This document shows positions 63,701-64,000 of a DNA stretch of 64,000 nucleotides, one piece after another. Under the pieces are notes generated by a model, which was given only the letters and a program-made list of their open reading frames with translations, searched no databases and had not been told where the DNA came from. The translations under genes and the position numbers were made by a program. Origin of the DNA: Leucoraja ocellata (lineage: Eukaryota); contig JAWMAR010000307.1 in the NCBI GenBank assembly GCA_036785375.1, positions 1,674,001 through 1,738,000 of the forward strand, given 5' to 3'. Positions within the stretch are counted from its first letter, which is position 1, and each line of letters opens with the position of its first letter.

Positions 63701-64000
63701 GTTTAGCGAGTTTTAGAGTGGTTTAAAGGGGGTTGAGGGGTTTTCAGGGGGTTAGGTTGTTTACACAGGGTTTACGGGGTTAGAGGGCTTTGTATGAGTT
63801 TGGAGGTGTTAAGAGGGTTTTACATGCGTTTATAGGTTTAAAGGGGTTTAGAAGGATTTAGAGTGGTTCAGAGGCTTTTAGGTTGGTTTAGTGAGGTTTA
63901 CATGGGGTTTAGGGTGGTTTACAGGGGTTTAGTGGATTTTACATGCGGTTCACATGGGGTTTAGGTGGGTTTACAGGGGTTTAGGGGGCTTCATAAGGGC

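Larger units (their letters stand above)
22000..64000 (+). repeat. Degenerate telomere-like G-rich satellite, ~10-bp unit GGGGTTTA(G/C)A
   Basis: Continuous GGGGTTTAGA/GGGGTTTACA/GGGGTTTGGA variants for ~42 kb, running off the window end. ORFs in it are low-complexity artefacts. Confidence 0.97.

Noticed and set aside
22000-64000. True telomere or classical class-switch region
   Set aside because: The unit is not TTAGGG and is highly degenerate. AGCT/GAGCT AID hotspots are scarce, and the array lies downstream, not upstream, of Cmu.

Overview
Eukaryotic (vertebrate) DNA, almost certainly from a cartilaginous fish (skate/ray-like; species assignment is inference). The first ~10.7 kb holds the complete, apparently intact constant region of an immunoglobulin mu (IgM) heavy-chain gene on the + strand: CH1 (2471-2773), CH2 (4099-4416), CH3 (4865-5167), CH4 plus secretory tail (6272-6663), TM1 (9590-9717) and TM2 (9852-9860). 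All splice sites are canonical GT/AG and in phase. V/D/J segments are not in the window. Two N blocks lie between CH4 and TM1. From 10.8 to 21.5 kb there is a nest of decayed transposons (L2, CR1, Penelope, SINEs, two non-autonomous DNA elements). From ~22 kb to the end (~42 kb) is a degenerate, strongly strand-asymmetric telomere-like 10-mer satellite (GGGGTTTAGA/GGGGTTTACA). It is preceded by an inverted C-rich block of the same satellite, a 28-bp minisatellite and a CpG/GC-box patch. The array contains a young 2720-bp higher-order triplication and five independent retroposon insertions, all in the same orientation. I found no clearly novel protein-coding system. The most interesting signals are architectural: IgM next to a subtelomere-like G-rich array, a TERRA-promoter-like junction, and orientation-biased retrotransposition into the array.
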